From a virus: a stretch of 64,000 bases of DNA. Positions 37,701 through 47,600 of this stretch are shown here, piece after piece. Position numbers and translations under genes: made by a program. The stretch covers positions 1 through 64,000 of the IMG/VR virus record IMGVR_UViG_3300043570_000986, one strand, 5' to 3'. Position 1 is the first letter of the stretch. Each line of letters opens with the position of its first letter. The notes under the pieces were generated by a model. It was not told the origin of the DNA. It did no database searches and saw only the letters and a list, made by a program, of their open reading frames with translations.

Positions 37701-39446
37701 TATAAATTATTAGCATTATATTATAAACCAAATTCATCATTATATGGTGGAGCAACTTATGTAGCTAGAACTAATAATGAATATATTCCTTGTGGAGAAT
37801 ATGTACCAACAATGCAAAATGGTTCATTTACAATACCTTCGGGTATTAAAACATTAATGACTTTTGGTGGTGATGTTTTTACTGTAACTTATGATTTTCA
37901 AAAAACATTTAAACCTTTATCAGGTGGTGCTACATATTTTAGATTTGATTACAATAGTTCAGGTACAGTTTTAAATTTGTTATCTGCTGAAGCAAGATTT
38001 AGTACATCTTTTTTTGTGCCTTGTACAAGTATATCAAATCAAGAATTAAGATTGGGAAATCATCCTAATAAAAGTATTACTGCAGAAGCAGGTTATGAAG
38101 AAGATGATTATTCATATAATACATATAATAATGCTGAAAATGATGTTAAAACATATTTTCCCAAACCATTAAACTTTCAAACATCTGAAGAATGGATTAA
38201 TAGAATATATTGGTCAGAAGTTAAGTTTAATAATGAAATACAAGATTCATGGTCAGTATATCTTACAGATAGTTTTTATGATGTAGAAGGTAACTATGGT
38301 GGTATTAATGCATTAGTATCTCTTAAAGAAAATATGTATTACTTACAAGAACGTGGTGTTGGTTCACTAATGATTAATCCTGTATCATTAATTAATGATC
38401 AAATGGGACAACCTATTAAATTAGGTGGTAGTGCTTCTAATAGTCCTGTAATACAAAAACATTATTATAAATCTATTGATACTGGTACTTTTCATCAGTG
38501 GTCAGTATATAGATCTCAATCTACAATAACATTTGTTGATGCTAGACATAAAAAGATTTATTTATTTAATGGTGAATCTGTAAGTCCTATTTCTGATATT
38601 AAAGGACAAAGAAATTTTGTTATTAAAAGATTACATAATGAATTATTAAAATTTGATAACCCTGTAATTAATAAAGGTGTATTAACTACTTATGATTATT
38701 ATCATAATGAATTTTTATATACTTTTAACAATGACTTAGAAGGAGATACTATTAATAATGAAAATCTTACATTAGCTTATTCTGAAGTATTAAATGCATT
38801 TACAGGAATGTATTCATTTACACCTAACTTATACATCAATAGTAATAAGTATTTAATTAGTACAAAAAATTCTAATGTAGGTCCATATTATCCTAGTAAC
38901 AAATTATGGTTTCATAATTATGGTGCTTATGGATCATTCTATAATACAGTATATCCTAGTACATTAAAATTATTAATTAATGATAATCCTTTATATACTA
39001 AAGTATTTGATAACATGACTATTGAATCAGAAGCTATAGATGATAATGTTGAATGGAATGATGATTTAAATATCTATCCAGGTTCACCAACTAATCCTTC
39101 ATATCCAGATGATGTAAATATTAAAGACTCTACTTTTCAAGAAGTTAGATGTTACAATCAATATCAAAATACTGATTGGACTACATTAACTATTGCTCCA
39201 CCTAATAATAACATTAGAAAAGTTGAACAAGGATTTAACTTACAATTACCTAGAAATAAGTTTGATTATGATACTTATAATCCATCTACTTATTCAATCT
39301 TTGATCCTAGTAAATTAACTAAAACTACCTTTGGAGAAAGGCTTAGAGATAAGTGGTTAATTGCAGACTTTAAATATGACAATCTATTAGGTCTAAGATT
39401 TATAATTCACAATATTAAAACACTACTTAGAATATCTGATAGATAA
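34707..39446 (+). CDS. tail stabilisation / muzzle protein
   Basis: NSFSSGMNSD, YRFGIQFFD, GGDVF, RIYWSE, RLRDKW motifs. Confidence 0.8.
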   Translation: MESINSFSSGMNSDQSKTILNKETYLQALNFRGLSELGSSNGSLVNIKGNECKLTFPDLQPVFKIEVIQAESDTANPTDITINGVTDSIDILNTTTGFDLFTFITSKFSNCYQYTGTTVATKTFAVAYEDNYIVIYNQPVYQNCTTVASIAPTIVLTPDEDDGTRALLYFINQNAANSLTQNTAKPYVAGCPSSLVKPIGSTFILNDIYILTATDNPTYGPAGAPNEIPSNDELQFGGAIWKLNIDDISKQHTLTLVYSNNLDFTKYHPIPPSAITGRYESIDIKRIYWSDNYNKIRTINTEAPQLMALNPTILSIMPLVEYTQGILNSIGIGSLPAGCYQLAYRLSKVLGSVTNFSELSNPVYLTTSPESNAFHLYEGGLGATGKNITWKLDNLDLNFDQIESIIIYRSSDSSIPTITSLGVQTISSTMNIVYSDPNATTNSEITLDEFLLFNGTFTHAKTCDTKDNRLFWGNVRAPRKDLELYDARAFRANDAGEIRLVNNADGGAPYTFSQAKALAQTEDTINEYYNSNTGDYSTNACYLKPTDLTKLGGEGANISYEFGTYILSTDDQAGPQGEDNWDLYINHVGSPYRGSITESSPITNSNLVYSYPQNGKFAALKQPERTSILKGFQHEEIYRFGIQFFDKEGNPYFTKWIGDIKMPSYGDKNDNPGGSVNDFRLSYQGAFNDIISQALYIKFTVDISFIQDLIGGYQIVRVKREGTNKTIWGVGLINPMISYDGTDGGGTASLPAGFESEFTNFTMPPVFGPVPFPRRYYKPYPSQDSVETLNISYDNSSNPNFARFKTFDCWDFDLGNRPSFANTDKLFIRSRLESVNYRNSAGGYRQWFDKDYGTTAGQEVPTDAASIDNGTTPPFFSSLGSNNDNSHQPFFIFKLVDNFLHTDYTQFVTSGTNKFNYNLVHAEYIPGNDSITWSGYSINNKGLDNPIAPATTTGSPAGGKQTLFLVVSNNLPNTKASLFTSDNDAAFNYNCTDTSNPFYKLLALYYKPNSSLYGGATYVARTNNEYIPCGEYVPTMQNGSFTIPSGIKTLMTFGGDVFTVTYDFQKTFKPLSGGATYFRFDYNSSGTVLNLLSAEARFSTSFFVPCTSISNQELRLGNHPNKSITAEAGYEEDDYSYNTYNNAENDVKTYFPKPLNFQTSEEWINRIYWSEVKFNNEIQDSWSVYLTDSFYDVEGNYGGINALVSLKENMYYLQERGVGSLMINPVSLINDQMGQPIKLGGSASNSPVIQKHYYKSIDTGTFHQWSVYRSQSTITFVDARHKKIYLFNGESVSPISDIKGQRNFVIKRLHNELLKFDNPVINKGVLTTYDYYHNEFLYTFNNDLEGDTINNENLTLAYSEVLNAFTGMYSFTPNLYINSNKYLISTKNSNVGPYYPSNKLWFHNYGAYGSFYNTVYPSTLKLLINDNPLYTKVFDNMTIESEAIDDNVEWNDDLNIYPGSPTNPSYPDDVNIKDSTFQEVRCYNQYQNTDWTTLTIAPPNNNIRKVEQGFNLQLPRNKFDYDTYNPSTYSIFDPSKLTKTTFGERLRDKWLIADFKYDNLLGLRFIIHNIKTLLRISDR

Positions 39447-39475
39447 CTAAAATAATTATACTTAACACATATAAC

Positions 39476-39515
39476 AGCCCTGGTTATTACTTAACTGTAA
39501 ATACTAGGGTTTTTA
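39476..39515 (+). terminator. intrinsic terminator
   Basis: agccctggt...actagggtt plus T tract. Confidence 0.65.
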
Positions 39516-39547
39516 TTTGCATATTACAAAAAAATAAACTATATTAT
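39516..39547 (+). promoter_or_regulatory. promoter for cargo/vRNAP operon
   Basis: TTTG-N20-TATATTAT. Confidence 0.5.
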
Positions 39548-39576
39548 ATAGTACACATATAACCAAATTTGTTATC

Positions 39577-42570
39577 ATGAAAAAATCAAATAAGAAAATT
39601 CCTAAAACACATTTACCTAAATATTTTTATGGTGATGAAGTTCCTATGAATCAACAATCTTCATATAATCCTAATGTAAATCCTATGTATAGAACTAATG
39701 ATTCTGGTATGGGACCTAATGGACAAGCAGATGCTTATCAAGCACCTAGTGCTACTGATCAAGGTGGAGGTACTCAAAATATTTATAATCAAAAAAGATC
39801 TTTTGGTAAAAATATAGGACAGTATGCAGGTTATGCTGCGGCTGCAGGACAAACTGCTAGTAATTTAGCAGCTATTAATAATCAAAACTATAATGGTGAT
39901 ACTAAAGCTGCTTATCAATCACAAGCTATAGGTAGTGGTATTACTCAAGGTATGGGTAGTCTTAGTCCTTATATTGCTATGGGTACAGGTATTAGAAAAT
40001 CTGCTACAGGGATGATTGGTGATAAACAGGGAGCTAATAGAACATTATCTAATTGGGCGGCAGCACCTCATGAAGCAGCTAGTTCAGATATTGCTGCAGC
40101 TAATAATTCACAAAATACTCAATCTCAAAAGATTGGAGGATATATGTCAGCTATTGGTGATATTACAGGTATGAGTAAGATGCGTCAAATGTTTTCTTAT
40201 GGTACAGGTAATGATGAAAAGACTACAGGATTTTGGGGTAAGTATAATGATTTATCAGGTATTAGTGCTAGAAATAACCAGAAAAATTCTTTAGAACAAG
40301 AAAATTTAGCAGCTCAGAAAGCTCAAGAAGATGCTTATGCTCAACAACAAACTGATTATCAAAATCAACAACAATCAATGATGGATGCTGCTTTTGCTAG
40401 AGGATACGCAAATCAAAATCAAACAGGAGGAGGTGCATATGTTCAATATGCTAAATATGGTGGACAAATGAAATATGCCATGGGTGGTATGAACATACAA
40501 CCTAATGCTGAAGTTGAGGGTAATGAAATGATTACTTCAAATACACCACCACAAGTATTTGCTAATGGTGGAGTTGAATTAGCTTCCAATAATCCATATG
40601 GTACACCTACTTATAAAACTAATGGTGCTAGTCATGAAAATGGTGGAATACCTATGAATATGGCTCCAGGTTCTATTGTTAATGGTAAAACTAAAAATCC
40701 TTTAACAGGAAATAAGTTTACCAAAGATGTTGATATTATTGCTAAAATGGAAAATAAATATACTAAAAAAGCAGAAAGCGGTGATAAATTTTCTAATACA
40801 AATGCTAAACTTATATTACCTATTTTAGCACAAAAGAAAGATTATTTAAATAATTTACAAAATGCTATTATTGCTAATCAAAAACAAGCTAAAGCATTAA
40901 GTAGAGGGGAGTTACCTCAAGTTCCTATGGATAATCAACAAATGCAATCTCAAGGTATGCCTGGACAACCTCAAAATGCAGTAGCAATTGGTAAACATGG
41001 TGGTATGATGAATAAGATGGCAATGGGTGGAGTACAACTACCTTTTTATAATACTGATAATGCAGGTAATCCAATGTATGCAATGGGTGGTGGTTATCCA
41101 GCAATGACTAATCCTTATAATAACTTCAGAGGTAGTATACCTATGTATCCTGATGGTGGTATAAATGCACAAGGATTAACTAAACCTGAATATGAACAAG
41201 CACAAAGAGATAGTAGTGTAATTTATAAATCTGGACTTGCTAAAATTCCTAATTATCAATTTCCAGGTTTTACAGAATCTTCAATGAGAGAAGGTCTTCG
41301 TACTAATCCTAGATCACCAGCGATAAAAACAGCTACAGGACAACCATATGGTAGTGATGCTGGTGTTAATATGATGGACAGTGAAGCTTCTGATTTTAGT
41401 AATTTTAAAACTACAAGAGTTCCTTGGCAAGAATATATTCCCGGTACTGAAAAAAGTGGTGTTGCTATTGAAAATAAACCACTTGAAAAACCTGTTAGTT
41501 CTCCAAATTGGGGATCTACTACTATTTTAAAAGATGGTAGACATTTAAGAGCTTATCCAGATGGACATACTGAAATAGTAGGAAATCCAAGAAAAGTAGT
41601 AAATGTAGGTAATCTTGAAAAGAAAAAATACGGTGGTCAAATGTTACCTAAGTTTTTAGTAGGTGGAAGATATATTGATGGAGTTTGGGTAGAAGATAAT
41701 CAACCTACTGCAGGATTTCAAACTGATGCTTGGCAACAATCAAGTGGTCCTGTTAATAATATAGGAGAAAATTCTAATGTAAATAATTTAATTACTAATA
41801 AAGATTTTAATAAGTTTAAAAATGCAAATGCTGAAATAACAAATGATCAAATTATAAATCAAAATAATAAAGATCGAATGATTGGTAACACTAATGCAAG
41901 AATGCATCAAGCCAATAGATTATCAGGAGAATCTCAATATTTACCAGATAATAACAATGTTAGAAATAATCCTAATTTAAAACAAACTCAAAGAGAAACT
42001 GATCCTAATTCTAAAAACTTTGATTGGGGTAGCTTAGCGTTAAATGCTGGTAACTTTGCAGGACAAAACATGGGTAATATTTATGATTTAAGTAGAAAGA
42101 ATGCTCCTTTACAAAAGTATGATAGAGCTACTGGAAAATTTTTAGATCCTACAAAAGCAATTGCTGGTGAAAATTATATATACAGACAAACTAAAAATAC
42201 ATTACCTGGTCTTACTGGCGGAAATGCAGGAGCAACTATGGCTTTATTATTTGCTAATAAAGCAAATACTGCTACTAGAATTGGTAGACTTCGTGAAACA
42301 TATGATAATGCTAATGCACAAATTGGTAATCAATTAAGTCAGTATAATACTGAGATTGCTTATCGTGAAGCAGAAGCTAGAGCTAAAGATGCTGCAATGA
42401 AAGAAAATATTAGAAGTCAAGCTATTCATGGTATTGGTTCAAGTTTTGGTAAAGCTACTAAATCAGGTAAACAAGATGAAATGGATGAAAAAACTTTAGC
42501 CATGTATAAAGAATATTATAATAATCCTCAATTTAGAGCTGCATTAAAAAAAGCAGGTTATGATGTTTAA
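39577..42570 (+). CDS. internal virion cargo protein
   Basis: Low complexity Q/N/G/M; AEVEGNE...GASHENGGIP motif; repeated [FY]xxGG; follows the muzzle gene. Confidence 0.7.
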   Translation: MKKSNKKIPKTHLPKYFYGDEVPMNQQSSYNPNVNPMYRTNDSGMGPNGQADAYQAPSATDQGGGTQNIYNQKRSFGKNIGQYAGYAAAAGQTASNLAAINNQNYNGDTKAAYQSQAIGSGITQGMGSLSPYIAMGTGIRKSATGMIGDKQGANRTLSNWAAAPHEAASSDIAAANNSQNTQSQKIGGYMSAIGDITGMSKMRQMFSYGTGNDEKTTGFWGKYNDLSGISARNNQKNSLEQENLAAQKAQEDAYAQQQTDYQNQQQSMMDAAFARGYANQNQTGGGAYVQYAKYGGQMKYAMGGMNIQPNAEVEGNEMITSNTPPQVFANGGVELASNNPYGTPTYKTNGASHENGGIPMNMAPGSIVNGKTKNPLTGNKFTKDVDIIAKMENKYTKKAESGDKFSNTNAKLILPILAQKKDYLNNLQNAIIANQKQAKALSRGELPQVPMDNQQMQSQGMPGQPQNAVAIGKHGGMMNKMAMGGVQLPFYNTDNAGNPMYAMGGGYPAMTNPYNNFRGSIPMYPDGGINAQGLTKPEYEQAQRDSSVIYKSGLAKIPNYQFPGFTESSMREGLRTNPRSPAIKTATGQPYGSDAGVNMMDSEASDFSNFKTTRVPWQEYIPGTEKSGVAIENKPLEKPVSSPNWGSTTILKDGRHLRAYPDGHTEIVGNPRKVVNVGNLEKKKYGGQMLPKFLVGGRYIDGVWVEDNQPTAGFQTDAWQQSSGPVNNIGENSNVNNLITNKDFNKFKNANAEITNDQIINQNNKDRMIGNTNARMHQANRLSGESQYLPDNNNVRNNPNLKQTQRETDPNSKNFDWGSLALNAGNFAGQNMGNIYDLSRKNAPLQKYDRATGKFLDPTKAIAGENYIYRQTKNTLPGLTGGNAGATMALLFANKANTATRIGRLRETYDNANAQIGNQLSQYNTEIAYREAEARAKDAAMKENIRSQAIHGIGSSFGKATKSGKQDEMDEKTLAMYKEYYNNPQFRAALKKAGYDV

Positions 42571-42607
42571 ATTTTGTTTCTAACTAATTAATTAATACCT
42601 TTACAAA

Positions 42608-44668
42608 ATGCCAATAAATAGATTTTCTACCGTAGGTCAAAGTGAATATACTCCACAACATGTACCATTACCTTTTGAGGCAATAGGTGCATTAGGTGAA
42701 AGAACTCAAAAAGCACATGATGCTGCTATTGATGATACTTATAAATTAAAAGATTTAATGACTAAAGTACCAGCAATTTATGATCCTAATTTAGGTTTAT
42801 CTAATATTCAAAAGAAAAAAGAATTAGATGCTCAATTTGCACCTAAGATTGATGAACTTACTAATAAGATAATGGCAGGAGATTCTAATGCTCCTAGAGA
42901 ATTAGAACAACTTAAAAGAGATTTTGCTAATAATCCTATTAGACAAGAACTTGAAAATTCATATGTAGACTATCAAGCATATAAAAAAGATATGATGGAT
43001 AAAAAAGATGCATATGCTGTTTATAAAGATCCATATAGAAATAAAGCGTTAATTAATGAAGCTGGTGAACTTCAACCATTTAGATATTCTGGTATGGGTG
43101 AAAAACAAGATCATGCAACTGAAGCTAGAGCTCAAATGTCAGATATTGCTAAATGGGGATATGATTCTAAAAATTCATATTTAGATCCTAAAGATGGTAA
43201 TATTTATACTAAAGGTTCTAGTGGTAAATATATTAAAGATGAAAGAGTTAGACAATTAGCAAATACCAAAGCTGATAAATTTATTCAAACTCAAAAAGGT
43301 CAAGATTATTTACAATTATTACATTATCAAAATCCCAATGCTACACCTCAAGAATTAATGCAAGGAGTATCTGATTATTTATATGCTGCTGGTGCTAATC
43401 AAGTATTTCAAGATGTTGGTGGAATGACTGATGTTCAAGCAACAAGTATGTCTGGAGATATTAGAAAAGAAAAACAAGAATTTGCTGGACCAATGCCTAC
43501 ATATCAAAATCCATTAGCAACTACTGGAACAACACTTACTCCTAAATCAGGATTAGGTTGGTTAGGTATTAATACAAATTCTATTAATGATGATGGAACA
43601 GTTAATCATAGAACAAATATTGATTCTAAATATATTGTAACAAAAATTGATGGTACAACTTCTACATATTATACAAGTCAAGAAGCTCATAAAGCTGCTG
43701 GAAATACAGGTATTATAACTCAACAAAAAACAGATAAAGGTGAACAACAGCAAAACTTAACTAAATTTTACAATGATTTATTAACTACAGCTAGAGGTTT
43801 AGGTTTAGAAATACCTAAAAAATCTAATGATAAATCTAGAACAGATTATGATGAATTACAAAAACAATTATCAAAATATGGTCAAAATATGCAACAACAA
43901 GGTAATACTTCTGCAGGATTACAATCAAGATTTGGTAATAATTTATCTAATGAATTATTAGGAACTGTTACTGCAAAAGATGATGGTACTACAGTATTTA
44001 AAAAATCTCCATTATTAGGAGGTGCTAAAATTGTAGATCAATCTACAGGAGAAGTTATTTCAGAAAATAAAGAAGAAGTAGCAAAAGATGGAGCTATTAG
44101 AGGTATTAATTATTTTGCTCCTGAAGCAGGTACTTATAGAATGGATTCTAAAAACAAAGCTTACAATTATAATCCTGGAGATAATAATTTAAACGCTATG
44201 ACTAAAAATACACATAGTTTAACACAAGATATTGTTAAAGCTAGACAAGGTAAACAAAATAGTAAAACAATTATTGATAGTGATAATAATACTGTTGGAG
44301 ATTATGCTAACAATATTGTAAATAGTTTAAAAGAAAACTTTAAAACAATACCTGCAAATAACCCACAAGGATTAATATTAGCTAATCATTTAAGTGAAAA
44401 TCTTGCTAAATTAAATGGATATGAACCAGTTAGTGTTAAAACTAGTGATATTTTAATACAAGAAGGTTCTCGTAGAGGATCTCCAAAATATAATTATGTA
44501 GCTTATGAACATAAAGGATTTGGTACTACTAATGAAGCTGATGATAAAATATTAAGAGTGGATGCTGAAAGTGGACAAACAGAAATTATGACATTAGGTG
44601 ATATTCATGCTAGTGAAAGAGATTATTTACAACAAAATTATGCAGGTGCATTTGAACCAACTAAATAA
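42608..44668 (+). CDS. internal virion cargo protein
   Basis: NRF...YTPQHVPLPFE N-terminus; synteny before vRNAP. Confidence 0.65.
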   Translation: MPINRFSTVGQSEYTPQHVPLPFEAIGALGERTQKAHDAAIDDTYKLKDLMTKVPAIYDPNLGLSNIQKKKELDAQFAPKIDELTNKIMAGDSNAPRELEQLKRDFANNPIRQELENSYVDYQAYKKDMMDKKDAYAVYKDPYRNKALINEAGELQPFRYSGMGEKQDHATEARAQMSDIAKWGYDSKNSYLDPKDGNIYTKGSSGKYIKDERVRQLANTKADKFIQTQKGQDYLQLLHYQNPNATPQELMQGVSDYLYAAGANQVFQDVGGMTDVQATSMSGDIRKEKQEFAGPMPTYQNPLATTGTTLTPKSGLGWLGINTNSINDDGTVNHRTNIDSKYIVTKIDGTTSTYYTSQEAHKAAGNTGIITQQKTDKGEQQQNLTKFYNDLLTTARGLGLEIPKKSNDKSRTDYDELQKQLSKYGQNMQQQGNTSAGLQSRFGNNLSNELLGTVTAKDDGTTVFKKSPLLGGAKIVDQSTGEVISENKEEVAKDGAIRGINYFAPEAGTYRMDSKNKAYNYNPGDNNLNAMTKNTHSLTQDIVKARQGKQNSKTIIDSDNNTVGDYANNIVNSLKENFKTIPANNPQGLILANHLSENLAKLNGYEPVSVKTSDILIQEGSRRGSPKYNYVAYEHKGFGTTNEADDKILRVDAESGQTEIMTLGDIHASERDYLQQNYAGAFEPTK

Positions 44669-44674
44669 TAAATT

Positions 44675-47600
44675 ATGCCAGAAAATCCTATAATTACACC
44701 AATTACATTTGATCCAGATAAACAAATAAAATCTTTAACAGGTGGTCAAGCTACACAATTAGGAATTGAAAGTGGAGAAGCTTTTGGTTTAAGTGCACCA
44801 TCATTTGGAACATCTCAATATGATAAACCTCAAGAAACATCTTGGAGTGAAGTAAAATCAGGAGATTTTAAATATCTTCGTGGAGAAAGACAAACTAAGT
44901 TAGATAAACTAGGTAATGGTTTAATTAACATGGCAGGTAAAACTCTTACTACTGCTGCAGAAGGTATTGTTAATCCATTTTATGGAACTATTGCAGCATT
45001 AACTAATACTAATGAAAAAGGTGAGTGGGATCCAAGTGCTAATGCTTATTATAATAATGCTTTAACTCAAAGTTTAGATAATGTAGGTAAAGGATTTGAA
45101 GAATTTGCACCTACCTATGAAACTAAAAAAGAAGCCACGGCTACAGGATTAGGTAAATTATGGTCATTTAATACTATATCAAGAGATATATTAGGTGGTG
45201 CTGGTACTACTATTGGTGCTGCATTAACAGGTGCTGCATGGTCTAAAGGAATGTCTTTAGTTGGTAAAGCATTAGGTGCTGCAGGATCTTCTCAAGAAGC
45301 TGCTACAATAATTGCTGAAGCTGCTGAGTCAGGTATTGCTGCATCTGCAGATAAATTAAAATATGTTGCTAATGAATCTTTAAAGAAAACTATTAAAGAT
45401 GGTGCTAGACAAGGAACTATTGCTATAACTTCTGCATCAGGTGAAGCAGGAGCAGAAGCTCGTGAAGCTGAAAAGAATGTATATTATAAATTAACTCATG
45501 ATGACTTTGGTAATGAAAAAAGAATGTCTGAAGGTGAGTTAGAATATGCTAAGATGATGTCTAAACAAGCAGGTGATGCAGCTTTTGCAATGAACTTACC
45601 TGTAATTATGGCTGATAACTGGATTACTTTTGGTAAAGCTTTATTTGGAAATAAGACAAATGACTTTGCTAAAAAAATTATTAAAGAAGGTTCTGTATTA
45701 GATGAAGCTACTGGAGCTTATAAAGCTATTGAAAAAGGTAAATATGCTAACTTAGGATATAGAGCAGGTAAAATAGGTGGTACTATGGCTTCTGAGGGAA
45801 CTCAAGAGCAACTACAATTTGGTATTGGTAAAACTGTTGAAGATTATTATAAAAATAAATATTACAATCCTAATGCTGCAGACTTTGCAGATTCAATGAC
45901 TAAAGGTTTAGCTGAAGCTTATGGAACTCAAGAAGGATGGCATTCAGGCATCATAGGAGCATTGTCAGCAGGTATTGCAGGGCCAGGTATAGTATTAGCT
46001 AGTAAAGGAGGTAAAGCTTTTAAAGATGAATATATTACTAATCCTGAAGATGCTATTATTGCTAAAGGAGTTGAATCTTTAAATCAATATAGTGCAGAAG
46101 TTATTAGAAAAAAGTTTGTAGATAATTTTGTAAGATCTGCAAATATTACTGAAAATAAAGATGAAGCATTAGCTAATAATGATGATTTTAATTATCATAA
46201 TGCAAATGAAGATATGATATTTTCATATGTTTATAATAGAATGCAAAATGGTAAGTTAGAAGATCTTAAACAAGAATTAAATGCTTTTAAAGATTTAACT
46301 GTAGAAGAATTAAAAAATCAATATGGTATAGAAATTAATGTTAATAATAAAAGTAAGTTTGATGAATTAACTTCAACAAATGCTGTTAAAAAGTTTGTTG
46401 AATCTAGAATGGAAAAAGTTGCAGCTATTGAAGATACTTACAATTCTGTAACTAAATTATTTCCTAATGCTAATCCTGATGTAAAAGAGTTACTTATGTA
46501 TTCTGCTCAAGGTATGGAAAATACTAAAGAGAGAAGAAAATCATTAGGTGTTGAAATTAGTGAAACTGTAGGACAACCTGTATTACAAGAATTAATTACA
46601 AGAGCAGTACCTGAACAAGAAGTATTGTCTACATTTATAACAGCTACTCCAGAAAACTTTGGTACAAGATACGCAAGTTTAAGTTTAGAAAATCAAGAAA
46701 ACTTTAAAGCTTTTTTAAAAGCTACTAAAAATGTTAATGAGTTAAAAAAAGATGAAGTAATTAAAAAACTTGATGATTTAAGTTCTTTAACAAATAGAGA
46801 AAAAGATTTTGTTGCTGCTTATAATGCATTAAAAACTCCTCAATTACAAGATCAATTTTTACAACAATCTCAAACTCTTTGGGATAAATATGCTAATATA
46901 GAAAAACAAAAGAATAAGCAAGATGTAGCTGAAGAACAAGCTGCAAATCAACCTCCTGTTCAACCTCCGGCTAATCCATTAGATCCTAATGATCCAAATA
47001 ATGCTAATCCACCAGCACCAGGACAACAACCTGTTTCTGCACCTGCTGCAAAAGTTGATCCAAGTAATCCTTTAGCTCAATGGTATACTGCTAATAAAAT
47101 AGATTATAGTATTTCTGAAAAAGATTTAACAGATGCATTAAATAGAGATGTTGCTAATAAAACAATTAGTGAAGAAGAAGCAGGAAATATATTTGCTGAT
47201 TGGAGTGATAATCAAAATAAACAACCTGCACCTATACAAGGTATTACTCCTGAAAGTATAGAAAGAGAAAAACAAAAAGAACTTGAATTTTGGAAAGATA
47301 ATCTTGATGATGCTTGGAAAGCTGGAAGTAAAGAAACTATAAGAGAACACATAGAAAAAAAATATAATGATCTTTTAGCTTCTATTGGTAAACAACCTGC
47401 ACCTGAACAAAATACTAAAGATCCTAAAAGACCTCAGTCATTTTTAATGACTCAAACTAAAGATAGAGATACTGCATTGCAATCTAATGGTGCTGTTATA
47501 GGTAACTTTAGAGGAACTAAAGAAGATGGTACACCTAAATATGGAATACCAGTTAATGGTCAACCTGTAGTATTATCTACATTTGCTGAAGTACAAGGTA

